Origin: Eledone cirrhosa
Lineage: Eukaryota
Length of the DNA stretch: 64,000 nucleotides
Direction: 5' to 3'
Assembly (NCBI GenBank): GCA_964016885.1
Contig: OZ024744.1
Location: 65,100,001-65,164,000 of the forward strand
Of this stretch, positions 1 through 18,000 are shown one piece after another. Under the pieces are notes generated by a model, which saw nothing but the letters and a program-made list of their open reading frames with translations, searched no databases and was not told the origin of the DNA. Within the stretch, counting starts at the first letter, position 1. Each line of letters begins with the position of its first letter. Both the position numbers and the translations under genes were made by a program.

Positions 1-3000
1 CATGATACTACCACACTACACCACCACACAAACATATCATGATACTACCACACTACACCACCTCCCAACATGTCATGATACTACCACACTACACTATCTC
101 ACAACATGTCATTATACAAACACACTACACCACCACACAACATATCATGATAGTACCACACTACACCACCTCCCAACATGTCATGATACTACCACACTAC
201 ACCACCACACAACATATCATGATACTACCACACTACATCACCTCCCAACATGTCATGATACTACCACACTACACCACCATACATGTCATGATACTACCAC
301 ACTACACCACCACACAAACATATCATGATACAACCACACTACATCACCTCCCAACATGTCATGATACTACCACACTACACCACCTCCCAACATGTCATGA
401 TACTACCACACTACACCACCACACAAACATATCATGATACTACCACACTACACCACCTCCCAACATATCATGATACTACCACACTACACTATCTCACAAC
501 ATGTCATTATACTAACACACTACATCACCTCCCAACATGTCATGATACTACCACACTACACCACCTCACAACATGTCATGATACTACCACACTACACCAC
601 CTCCCAACATGTCATGATACTACCACACTACACCACCTCACAACATGTCGTGATAGTACCACACTACATCACACACATGTCATGTTACTACCACACTACA
701 CCACACAACATGTCATGATACTAGCACACTACACCACCACACAACATGTCATGATGCTACCACACTACAGTACCTCCCAACATGTCATGATACTACCACA
801 CTACACTACCACACAACATGTCATGATACTACCACACTACACTACACCACACAACATGTCATGATACTACCACATTACACCACCTCACAACATGTCATGA
901 TACTACCACACTACACCACCTCACAACATGTCATGATACTACCACACTACACTACCTCACAACATGTCATGATACTACCACACTACACCACCACACAACA
1001 TGTCATGATACTACCACACTACACCACCACACAACATGCCATAATACTACCACACTACACCACCTCACAACATGTCATGATACTACCACACGACACCACC
1101 TCCCAACATGTCATGATACTACCACATTACACCACCACACAACATATCATGATACTAACACACTACACCACCTCCCAACATGTCATGATACTACCACACT
1201 ACACCATACAACATGTCATGATACTACCACACTACACCACCTCACAACATGTCATGATACTACAACAGTACACTATCTCACAACATGTCATGATACTACC
1301 GCACTACACCACACAACATATCATGATACTACCACACTACACCACCTCACAACATGTCATGATACTACCACACTACACCACCTCACAACATGTCATGATA
1401 CTACCACACTACATCACCTCCCAACATGTCATGATACTACCACACTACACCACCACACAACATATCATGATACTACCACACTACACCACCTCACAACATG
1501 TCATGATACTACCACACTACACCACCTCCCAACATGTCATGATACTACCACAATATACCACGTCACAACATGTCATGATACTACAACAGCACACCACCTC
1601 CCAACATGTCACGATACTACCACACTACACCACCTCACAACATGTCATGATACTACCACACTACACCTCCTCCCAACATGTCATGATACTACCACACTAC
1701 ACCACCTCCCAACATGTCATGATACTACCACACTACACTATCTCACAACAAGTCATGATACTACCACACTACACCACCACACAACATATCATGATACTAC
1801 CACACTACACCACGACACAACATGTCATGATACTACCACACTACACCACCTCCCAACATGTCATGATACTACCACACTACACTATCTCACAACATGTCAT
1901 GATACTACCACACTACACCACCACACAACATATCATGATACTACCACACTACACCACCTCACAACATGTCATTATACTACTCACTACACCACACAACATG
2001 TCATGTTACTACCACACTACACCACCTCCCAACATGTCATGATACTACCACACTACACTATCTCACAACATGTCATGATACTACCACACTACACCACCAC
2101 ACAACATATCATGATACTACCACACTACACCACCTCACAACATGTCATTATACTACTCACTACACCACACAACATGTCATGATACTACCACACTACACCA
2201 CGACACAACATATCATGATACTACCACACTACACCACCTCACAACATGTCCTGATACTTCCAAACTACACTACCTCACAACATGTCATGATACTACCACA
2301 CTACACTACCACACAACATGTCATGATACTACCACACTACACCACTTCCCAACATGTCATGATACTACCACACTACACCACCTCGCAACATGTCATGATA
2401 CTACCACACTACACTACCTCACAACATGTCATGATACTACCACACTACACCACCTCACAACATGTCATGATACTACCACACTACACCACCACACAACATG
2501 TCATGATACTACCACACTACACCACCACACAACATGTCATGATACTACCACACTACACCACCTCACAACATGTTATGATACTACCACACTACACCACCAC
2601 ACAACATGTTATGATACTACCACACTACACTATCTCACAACATGTCATTATACTACCACACTACACCACTTCGCAACATGTCATGATACTACCACACTAC
2701 ACCACACAACATGTCATGATACTACCACACAACACCACACAACATGTCATGATACTACCACACTACACCACCTCACAACATGCCATGATACTACCACACG
2801 CACCACCTCCCAACATGTCATGATACTACCACACTGCACCACCACACAACATATCATGATACTAACACACTACACCACCTCCCAACATGTCATGATACTA
2901 CCACACTACACCATACAACATGTCATGATACTACCACACTACATCACCTCCCAACATGTCATGATACTACCACACTACACCACCAACAAACATATCATGA

Positions 3001-6000
3001 TACTACCACACTACACCACCTCCCAACATGTCATGATACTACCACACTACACCACCACACAACATATCATGATACTACCACACTACACCACCTCACAACA
3101 TGTCATGATACTACCACACTACACCACCACACAACATATCATGATACTACCACACTACATCACCTCCCAACATGTCATGATACTACCATACTACATCACC
3201 TCGCAACATGTCATGATACTACCACACTATAACACCACACAACATATCATGATACTACCACACTACATCACCTCCCAACATGTCATGATACTACCACACT
3301 ACACTATCTCACAACATGTCATTATACTAACACACTACACCACCACACAACTTATCATGATACTACCACACTACATCACCTCCCAACATATCATGATACT
3401 ACCACACTACACTACCACACAACATGTCATGATACTGCCACACTACACCACCACACAACATGTCATGATACTACCACACTACACCACCACACAACATATC
3501 ATGATACTACCACACTACATCACCTCCCAACATGTCATGATACTACCACACTACACTACCACACTACATGTCATGATACTACCACACTACACCACCTCCC
3601 AACATGTCATGATACTACCACACTACACCACCTCACAACATGTCATAATACTACCACACTACACTATCTCACAACATGTCATTATACTAACACACTACAC
3701 CACCACACAACATGTCATGATACTACCACACTACATAACCTCCCAACATGTCACGATACTACCACACTACACCACCTCACAACATGTCATGATACTACCA
3801 CACTACACCACCTCCCAACATGTCATGATAATACCACACTACACCACCTCACAACATGTCATGATACTACCACACTACATCACACACATGTCATGATACT
3901 ACCACACTACATCACACACATGTCATGATACTACCACACTACACCACCTCGCAAGATGTCATGATACTACCACACTACACTACCTCACAACATGTCATGA
4001 TACTACCACACTACACCTCACAACATGTCATGATACTACCACACTACACCACCTCACAACATGTCATGGTACTAACACACTACACCACCACACAACATAT
4101 CATGATACTACCACACTACACCACCTCACAACATGTCATGATACTACCACACTACACCACCTCACAACATGTCATGATACTACCACACTACACTACCACA
4201 CAACATGTCATGATACTACCACACTTTACCTCACAACATGTCATGATTCTACCACACTACACTACCACACAACATATCATGATACGACCACACTACATCA
4301 CCTCCCAACATGTCATGATACTACCAGACTACACCACCTCACAACATGTCATGATACTACCACACTACACCACCACACAACATGTCATGATACTACCACA
4401 CTACACTACCACACAACATATGATACTACCACACTACACCACACAACATGTCATGATACTACCACACAACACCACACAACATGTCATGATACTACCACAC
4501 TACACCACCTCACAACATATCATGATACTACCACACTACACTTCACAACATGTCATGATACTACCACACTACACCACCTCCCAACATGTCATGATACTAC
4601 CACACTATACCTCACAACATGTCATGATACTACCACACTACACCACCTCCCAACATGTCATTATACTACCACACTACACTACCTCACAACATGTCATGAT
4701 ACTACCACACAACACCACACAACATGTCATCATACTACGACACTACACCACCTCACAACATATCATAATACTACCACACTGCAACACCACACAACATGTC
4801 ATGATACTACCACACTACACCACCTCCCAACATGTCATGATACTACCACACTACACCACACGACATGTCATGATACTACCACACTACACCACCTCCCAAC
4901 ATGTCATGAGACTACCACACTACACTACCTCACAACATGTCATGATACTACCACACTACACCACCACACAACATATCATGATACTACCACACTACATCAC
5001 CTCACAACATGTCATGATACTACCACACTACACCACCTCACAACATGTCATGATACTACCACACTATACCACCTCACAACATGTCATGATACTACCACAC
5101 TACACCACCTCCCAACATGTCATGATAATACCACACTACACCACCACACAACATATCATGATACTACCACACTACATCACCTCACAACATGTCATGATAC
5201 TACCACACTACACCACGACACAACATATCATGATACTACCACACTACACCACCTCCCAACATGTCATGATACTACCACACTACACCATCTCGAAACATGT
5301 CATTATACTGACACACTACACCACCTCCCAACATGTCATGATACTACCACACTACACCACACAACATGTCATGATACTACCACACTACACCACCTCACAC
5401 CATGTCATGATACTACCACACTACATCACCTCACAAAATCTCCTGATACTACCACACAACACCACTTCCAAACATGTCATGATACTACCTCACTACACCA
5501 CACAACATGTAAAGATACTACCACACTACACCACCTCCCAACATGTCATGATACTACCACACTACATCACCTCACAAAATGTTATGATACTACCACACTA
5601 CACCACCTCACAACATGTCATGATACTACCACACTACACCACACAACATGTCATGATACTACCACACTACACCACCTCACAACATGTCATAATACTACCA
5701 CACTACACCACACAACATGTCATGATACTACCACACTACACTACCTCACAACATGTCATGATACTACCACACTACACCACCTCACAACATGTCATGATAC
5801 TACAACAACACACCACCTCCCAACATGTCATGATACTACCACACTACACCACCACACAATATATCATGATACTACCACACTACACCACCTCCCAACATGT
5901 CATGATACTACCACACTACACCACCTCCCAACATGTCATGATACTACCACACTACACCACACAACATATCATGATACTACCACACTACACTACCTCACAA

Positions 6001-9000
6001 CATGTAATGATACTACCACACTACACCACCACACAACATATCATGATACTACCACACTACATCACCTCACAACATGTCATGATACTACCACACTACACCA
6101 CACAACATGTCATGATACTACCACACTACACCACCTCCCAACATGTCATGATACTACCACACTACACCACCTCCCAACATGTCATTATACCACCACACTA
6201 CACTATCTCACAACAAGTCATTATACTAACACACTACACCACTTCCCAACATGTCATGTTAATACCACACTACACTATCTCACAACAAGTCATTATACTA
6301 ACACACTACACCACTTCCCAACATGTCATGATACTACCACACTACATCACCTCCCAAAATATCATGATACTACCACACTACACCACACAACATGTCATGA
6401 TACTACCACACTACACCACCTCACAACATGTCATGATACTACCACACTACACCACCTCACAACATGTCATGATACTACCACACTACATCACCTCACAACA
6501 TGTCATTATACTAACACACTACACGACCTCACAACATGTCATGATACTACCACACTACACCACCTCCCAACATGTCATGATACTACCGCACTACACTATC
6601 TCACAACATGTCATTATACTAACACACTACACCACTTCCCAACATGTCATGATACTACCACACTACACCACCTCCCAACATGTCATGATACTACCACACT
6701 ACACGACGACACAACATATTATGAGACTACCACACTACACCACATCCCAACATGTCATGATACTACCACACTAAACCACCTCCCAACATGTCATGATACT
6801 ACCACACTACACTATCTCACAACATGTCATTATACTAACACACTACACCACCACACAACATATCATGATACTACCACACTACACCACTTCCCAACATGTC
6901 ATGATACTACCACACTACATCACCTCCCAACATATCATGATACTACCACACTACACCACACAACATGTCATGATACTACCACACTACATCACCTCCCAAC
7001 ATGTCATGATAATACCACACTACACCACCACACAACATATCATGATACTACCACACTACACCACCTCACAACATGTCATGATACTACCACACTACACCAC
7101 ACGACATGTTATGATACTACCACACTGCACCACCACCTCAACATGTCATGATACTACCACACTACACCACCTCCCAACATGTCATGATACTACCACACTA
7201 CACTACCTCACAACATGTCATGATACTACCACACTACACCACCTCACAACATGTCATGATACCACCACACTACACCACACAACATGTCATGATACTACCA
7301 CACTAAACTACCTCACAACATGTCATGATACTACCACACTACACCACCTCACAACATGTCATGATACTACCACACTACATCACCTCACAACATGTCATGA
7401 TACAACCACACTACACCACCTCCCAACATGTCATGATACTACCACACTACACCACCTCACATGTCATGATACTACCACACTACACCTCACAACATGTCAT
7501 AATACTACCACACTACACCACCTCCCAACATCTCATGATACTACCACACTACACCACCTCCCAACATGTCATGATACTACCACACTACACAACCACACCA
7601 CATGTCATGATACTACCACACTACACCACCTCCCAACACGTCATGATACTACCACAGTACACCACCTCACAACATGTCATGATACTACCACACTACACCA
7701 CCTCACAACATGTCATGATACTACCACACTACACCACACAACATGTCATGACACTACCACACTACACCACCGCCCAACATATCATGATACTCCCACACTA
7801 CACCACCACACAACATATCATAATACTACCACACAACACCACCTCACATCATGTCATGATGCTACCACACAACACCACACAACACTTCATTATACTACCA
7901 CACTACACCACACAACACGTCATGATACTACCACACTACACCACCACACAACTTGTTATGATACTACCACACTACACCACCTCACAACATATCATGATAC
8001 TACCACACTACACTACCACACATGTCATGATACTACCTCACTACACCACCACAAAACATGTCATGATACTACCACACTACACCACCTCACGACATGTAAT
8101 GATACTACCACACTACACCACCACACAACATGTCATGATACTACCAAACTACACATACTCACAACATATCATGATACTCCCACACTACACCACCACACAA
8201 CATATCATAATACTACCACACAACACCACCTCACATCATGTCATGATGCTACCACACTAGACCACACAACATGTCCTGATACTACCACACAACACCACAC
8301 AACACGTCATTATACTACCACACTACATCACCTCACAACATGTCATGATACTATCACACTACACCACCTCACATCATGTCATGATGCTACCACACTACAC
8401 CACCTCCCAACATGTCATGATACTACCACACTACACTATCTCACATCATGTCATGATACTACCTCACTACATCACCTCACATCATGTCATGATGCTACCA
8501 CACTAGACCACACAACATGTCCTGATACTACCACACAACACCACAAAACATGTCACGATACTACCACACTACACCACCTCACAACATGTCATGATACTAC
8601 CAAACTACACATACTCACAACATGTCATGATACTACCACACTACACCACCTCACAACACGTCATGATACTACCACAGTACACCAAACAACATGTCATGAT
8701 ATTACCACACTACACCACCTCCCCTCATGTCATGATACTACCTCACTACACCACCTCAACATGTCATCATACTACCACACTACACCACACAACATGTCAT
8801 GATACTACCACACAACATGTCATGATACTACCACACTACACCACCTCACAACATGTCATGACACTACCACACTACACCACACAACATGTCATGTTACTAC
8901 CACATTACAGCACACAACATGTCATGATATTATCACACTACACCACCTCCCAACATGTCATGATACTACCACACTACACCACCTCACAACATGTCATGAT

Positions 9001-12000
9001 ACTACCACACTACACCACCACACAACATGTCATGATACTACCACACTACACTACCACACTACACCACCTCACATGTCATGATACTACCACACTACACCAC
9101 CTCACAACATGTCATGATACTACCACACTACACCACCACACAACATGTCATGATACTACCACACTACACCACACAACATGTCATGATACTACGACACTAC
9201 ACCACCTCCCAACATGTCATGATACTACCACACTACACCACACAACATGTCATGATACTACCACACTTCACCACACAACATGTCATGATATTATCACACT
9301 ACACCACCTCCCAACATGTCATGATACTACCACACTACACCTCACAACATGTCATGATACTACCACACTACACCACCTCCCAACATGTCATGATACTACC
9401 ACACTACACAACACAACATGTCATGATACTACCACACTACACCACACAACATGTCATGGTACTACCACACTGTACCACCACACAACATGTCATGATACTA
9501 CCACATTACACCACACAACATGTCATGGTACTACCACACTACACCACACAACATGTCATGATACTACCACTCTACACCACCTCACAACATGTCATGATAC
9601 TACCACACTACACCACCTCACAACATGTCATGATACTACCACACTACACCACACCACATGTCATGATACTACCACACTACACCACCTCACAACATGTCAT
9701 GATACTACCACACTACACCTCACAACATGTCATGATACTACCACACTACACTACCACACTACACCACCTCACAACATGTCATGATACTACCACATTACAC
9801 CACCTCACAACATGTCATGATACTACCACACTACACCTCACAACATGTCATGATACTACCACACTACACCACCTCACAGCATGTCATGATACTACCACAC
9901 TACACCACCACACAACATGTCATGATACTAACACACTACACCACCACACAACATGTCATGATACTACCAGACTACACTACCTCACAACATGTCATGATAC
10001 TACCACACTACACTACCACACAACATGTCATGATACTACCACACTACACCACCTCAGAACATGTCATGATACTACCACACTACACCACACAACATGTCAT
10101 GATACTACCACACTACACCACGCAACATGTCATGATACTACCACACTACACCACCACACAACATGTCATGATACTACCACACTACACCACATAACATGTC
10201 ATTATACTACCACACTACACCACCTCACAACATGTCATGACACTACCCCACTACACCACCTCACAACATATCATGATACTACCACACTACACCACCTCAC
10301 AACATGTCATGATACCACCACACTACACCACACAGCATGTCATGATACTACCACACTACACCACCTTACAACATGTCATGATACCACCACACTACCTCAC
10401 AACATGTCATGATACTACCACACTACACTACACAACATGTCATGATACTACCACACTACACTACACAACATGTCATGATACTAGCACACTACACCACCAC
10501 ACAACATGTCACGATATTACCATACTACACCACCACACAACATGTCATGATACTACCACACTACACCACACAACATGTCATGATACAACCACACTACACC
10601 TCACAACATGTCATGATACTACCACACTACACCACCACACGACATGTCATGATACTACCACACTACACCACCTCCCAACATGTCATGATACTACCACACT
10701 ACACCACACAACATGTCATGATACTACCACACTACACTACCACACAACATGTCATGATACTACCACACTACACCACCTACCAACATGTCATGATACTACC
10801 TCACTACACCACCACAAAACATATCACGATACTCCCACACTACACCACTTCACAACATGTCATGATACTACCACAGTACACCACACAACATGTCATGATA
10901 CTACTACACTACACCACCTCACAACATGACATGATACTACCACACTACACCACCTCCCAACATGTCATGATACTGCCACACTACACCACACAACATGTCA
11001 TGGTACTACCACACTACACCACACAACATGTCATGATACTACCACTCTACACCACCTCACAACATGTCATGATACTACCACACTACACCACCTCACAACA
11101 TGTCATGATACTACCACACTACACCACACAACATGTCATGATACTACCACACTACACCACCTCACAACATGTCATGATACTACCACACTACACCTCACAA
11201 CATGTCATGATACTACCACACTACACTACCACACTACACCACCTCACAACATGTCATGATACTACCACATTACACCACCTCACAACATGTCATGATACTA
11301 CCACACTACACCTCACAACATGTCATGATACTACCACACTACACCACCTCACAGCATGTCATGATACTACCACACTACACCACCACACAACATGTCATGA
11401 TACTAACACACTACACCACCACACAACATGTCATGATACTACCAGACTACACTACCTCACAACATGTCATGATACTACCACACTACACTACCACACAACA
11501 TGTCATGATACTACCACACTACACCACCTCACAACATGTCATGATACTACCACACTACACCACACAACATGTCATGATACTACCACACTACACCACGCAA
11601 CATATCATGATACTACCACACTACACCACCTCACAGCATGTCATGATACTACCACACTACACCACCACACAACATGTCATGATACTAACAAACTACACCA
11701 CCACATAACATGTCATTATACTACCACACTACACCACCTCACAACATGTCATGATACTACCACACTACACCACCTCACAACATGTCATGATACTACCACA
11801 CTACACTACACAACATGTCATGATACTACCACACTACACTACACAACATGTCATGATACTACCACACTACACCACCTTACAACATGTCATGATACCATCA
11901 CACCACCTCCCAACATGTCATGATACTGCCACACTACACCACACAACATGTCATGATACTACCACACTACACCACACAACATGTCATGATACTACCACAC

Positions 12001-15000
12001 TACACCTCCACACAACATGTCATGATACTACCACACTACACCTCACAACATGTCATGATACTACCACACTACACAACCACACAACATGTCATTGTACTAC
12101 CACACTACACCACCACATAACATGTCATGATACTACCGAACTACACCACACAATATGTCATGATACTACCACACTACACCACCACACAGCATGTCATGAT
12201 TCTACCACACTACACCACCTCGCAACATGACATGATACTACCACACAACACCACCTCCCACATGTCATGATACTACCACACTACACCACACAACATGTCA
12301 TGATACTACCACACTACACCACCTCACAACATGTCATGATACTACCACACTATACCACCTCACAACATGTCATGATACTACCACACTACACCACACAACA
12401 TGTCATGATACTACCACACTACACCACCTCACAACATGTTATGATACTACCACACTACACAACCACCCAAAATGTCATGATACTACCACACTACACAACC
12501 ACACAACATATCATAATACTACCACAATACACCACCTCCCAACATGTCATGATACTATCACACTACACCACCACACAACATGTCATGATACTACCACACT
12601 ACACCACCTCACAACATGTCATGATACTACCACACTACACCACCTCACAACATGTCATGATACTTCACACTACACCACGTCCCAACGTGTCATTATACTA
12701 CCACACTACACCACACAGCATATCATGATACTAACACAGTATACCACCTCGCAACATGTCATGATACTACCTCACTACACCACCTCAACATGTCATGATA
12801 CTACCACACTCCACCACCACACAACATGTCATATAATACCACACTACACCACCTCACAAGATGACATGATACTACCACACTACACCATACAACATGTCAT
12901 GATACTACCACACTACACCACACAACATGTCACGATATTACCACACTACACCACCTCGCAACATGACATGATACTACCACACTACACCACACAACATGTC
13001 ATGATACTATCACACTACATCACCTCCCAACATGTCATGATACTACAACACTACACCACCACACAACATGTCATGATACTACCACACTACACCACCTCTC
13101 AACATGTCATGATACTACCACACTACACCACCACACACCATATCATGAAACTACCACACTACACCACCTCCCAACATGACATGATACTACCACACTAAAC
13201 CACACAACATGTCATGATACTACCACACTACACCACACAACATGTCATGATACTACCACACTACACCACACAACATGTCATGATACTACCACACTACACT
13301 ACCTCACAACATGTCATGATACTCCCACACTACACCACCACACAACATGTCATGATACTACCACACTACACCACCTTACAACATGTCATGATACTACCAC
13401 ACTACATCACCTCCCAACATGTCATGATACTACCACACTACACCATACAACATGTCATGATACTACCACACTACACCACACAACATGTCATGATACTATC
13501 ACACTACAGCACCTCCCAAAATGTCATGATACGACCACACTATACCACCTCCCAACATGTCATGATACTAACACACTACACTACCACACTACATGTCATG
13601 ATACTACCACAATACACCACACAGCATTTCATGATACTACCACACTACACCACCTCCCAACATGTCATGATACTACCACACTACACTACCACACTACATG
13701 TCATGATACTACCACAATACACCACGCAGCATATCACTATACTACCACACTACACCACCTCACAACATGTCATGATACTACCACACTACACCACCTCACA
13801 ACATGTCATGATACTACCACACTACACCACCTCCCAACATGTTATAATACTAACACACTACACCACCTCCCACACATGTCATGATAATACCACACTACAC
13901 CACCTCCCCACATGTCATGATACTACCACACTACACTACCTCACAACATGTCATGATACTACCACACTACACCTCACAACATGTCATGATACTACCACAC
14001 TACACCACCTCACAACACGTCATGATACCACCGCACTACACCACTTCACAACATGTCATGATACTACCACACTACACCACACAACATGTCATGATACTTC
14101 CACACTACACCACCTCCCAACATGTCATGATACTACCACACAACATGTCATGATACTACCACACTACACCACACATGTCATGATACTACCGCACTACCCC
14201 ACCTCCCAACATGTCATGATACTACCACACTACACCACCAGACCGCATGTCATGATACTACCACACTACCCCACCTCCCAACATGTCATGATACTACCAA
14301 ACTATACTACACCACACAACATATCATGATACTACCACACTACACCACACAATATGTAATGATATTATCACACTACACTACCTCACAACATATCATGATA
14401 CTACCACACTACACCACCTCCCAACATGTCATGATACCAAACTACACTACCTCACAACATGTCATGATACTACCACACAACATGTCATGATACTACCACA
14501 CTACACCACCTCACAACATGTCGCGACACTACCACACTACACCTCAAAACATGTCATGATACTACAACACTACACCACACAACATGTCATGATACTACCA
14601 CACTACACCACACAACATGTCATGATACTACCACACTACACCACACAACATGTCATGATACTACCACACTACACCACACAACATGTCATAATACTACCAC
14701 ACTACACCACCTCCCAACATGTCATGATACTACCACACTACACCACCTCACAACATATCATGATACTACCACACTACACCACCTCCCAACATGTCATGAT
14801 ACTACCACACTACACCACCTCACAACATATCATGATACTACCACACTACACCACCTCCCAACATGTCATAATACTACCACACTACACCACCTCACAACAT
14901 GTCATGATACTACCACGCTACACCACCTCACAACATGTCGCGACACTACCACACTACACCTCACAACATGTCATGATACTACAACACTACACCACACAAA

Positions 15001-18000
15001 ATGTCATGATACTACCACACTACCGCACAACATGTCATGATACTACCACACTACCGCACAACATGTCATGATAATACCACACTACACCACCTCCCAACAT
15101 GTCATGATCCTAGCAAACTACACTACACCACACAACATGTCATGATACTACCACACTACACCACCTCACAACATGTCATGATACTACCACACTACACCAC
15201 CTCACAACATGTCATGATACTACCAGATTACACCACCACACAACATGACATGATACTACCACACTACACCACACAACATGTCATGATACTACCACACTAC
15301 ACCACACAACATGTCATGATACTACCACACTACACCACACAACATGTCATGATACTACCACACTACACCACACAACATGTCATGATACTACCACACTACA
15401 CCACCTCACAACATGTCACGACACTACCACACTACACCTCACAACATGTCATGATACTACAACACTACACCACACAACATGTCATGATACTACCACACTA
15501 CACCACACAACATGTCATGATACTACCACAGTACCACACAACATGTCATGATACGACCACACTACACCACCTCCCAACATGTTATGATACTACCACACTA
15601 CACCACACAACATGTCATGATACTACCACACTACACCACCACACAACATGTCATGATACTACCACACTACACATCACAACATGTCATGATACTACCACAC
15701 TACACCACCACACAACATGTCATGATACTACCACACTACATCACCTCCCAACATGTTATGATACTGCCACACTACACCACCTCCCAACATGTCATGATAC
15801 TATCAAACTACACCACACAACATGTCATGATACTACCACACTACACTACCTCACAACATGTCATGATACTACCACACTACACCACCTCCCAACATGTCAT
15901 GATACTACCACACTACACCACCTCCCAACATGTCATGATACTACCACACTACACCACACAACATGTCATGATACTACCACACTACACCACCTCCCCTCAT
16001 GTCATGATACTACCACACTACACCACCTCCCCTCATGTCATGATACTACCACACTACACTACACCTCGCAACATGTCATGATACTACCACACTACACCAC
16101 CTCCCAACATGTCATGATACTACCACACTACACCACCTGCCGATCATGTCATGATACTACCACACTACACCACCACACCACATGTCATGATACTACCACA
16201 CTACACCACTTCCCAACATGTCATGATACTACCACACTACACCACCTAACAACATGACATGATACTACCACACTACACCACCACACAACATGTCATGATA
16301 CTACCACACTACACCACACAACACGTCATGATACTACCACACTAAACCACACAATATGTAATGATATTATCACACTACACTACCTCACAACATATCATGA
16401 TACTACCACACTACACCACCTCCCAACATGTCATGATACCAAACTACACTACCTCACAACATGTCATGATACTACCACACAACATGTCATGATACTACCA
16501 CACTACACCACCTCACAACATGTCGCGACACTACCACACTACACCTCAAAACATGTCATGATACTACAACACTACACCACACAACATGTCATGATACTAC
16601 CACACTACACCACACAACATGTCATGATACTACCACACTACACCACACAACATGTCATGATACTACCACACTACACCACACAACATGTCATAATACTACC
16701 ACACTACACCACCTCCCAACATGTCATGATACTACCACACTACACCACCTCACAACATATCATGATACTACCACACTACACCACCTCCCAACATGTCATG
16801 ATACTACCACACTACACCACCTCACAACATGTCATGATACTACCACGCTACACCACCTCACAACATGTCGCGACACTACCACACTACACCTCACAACATG
16901 TCATGATACTACAACACTACACCACACAAAATGTCATGATACTACCACACTACACCACACAACATGTCATGATACTACCACACTACCGCACAACATGTCA
17001 TGATACTACCACACTACCGCACAACATGTCATGATAATACCACACTACACCACCTCCCAACATGTCATGATCCTAGCAAACTACACTACACCACACAACA
17101 TGTCATGATACTACCACACTACACCACCTCACAACATGTCATGATACTACCACACTACACCACCTCACAACATGTCATGATACTACCAGATTACACCACC
17201 ACACAACATGACATGATACTACCACACTACACCACACAACATGTCATGATACTACCACACTACACCACACAACATGTCATGATACTACCACACTACACCA
17301 CACAACATGTCATGATACTACCACACTACACCACACAACATGTCATGATACTACCACACTACACCACCTCACAACATGTCACGACACTACCACACTACAC
17401 CTCACAACATGTCATGATACTACAACACTACACCACACAACATGTCATGATACTACCACACTACACCACACAACATGTCATGATACTACCACAGTACCAC
17501 ACAACATGTCATGATACTACCACACTACACCACCTCCCAACATGTTATGATACTACCACACTACACCACACAACATGTCATGATACTACCACACTACACA
17601 TCACAACATGTCATGATACTACCACACTACACCACCACACAACATGTCATGATACTACCACACTACACATCACAACATGTCATGATACTACCACACTACA
17701 CCACCACACAACATGTCATGATACTACCACACTACATCACCTCCCAACATGTTATGATACTGCCACACTACACCACCTCCCAACATGTCATGATACTATC
17801 AAACTACACCACACAACATGTCATGATACTACCACACTACACTACCTCACAACATGTCATGATACTACCACACTACACCACCTCCCAACATGTCATGATA
17901 CTACCACACTACACCACCTCCCAACATGTCATGATACTACCACACTACACCACACAACATGTCATGATACTACCACACTACACCACCTCCCCTCATGTCA

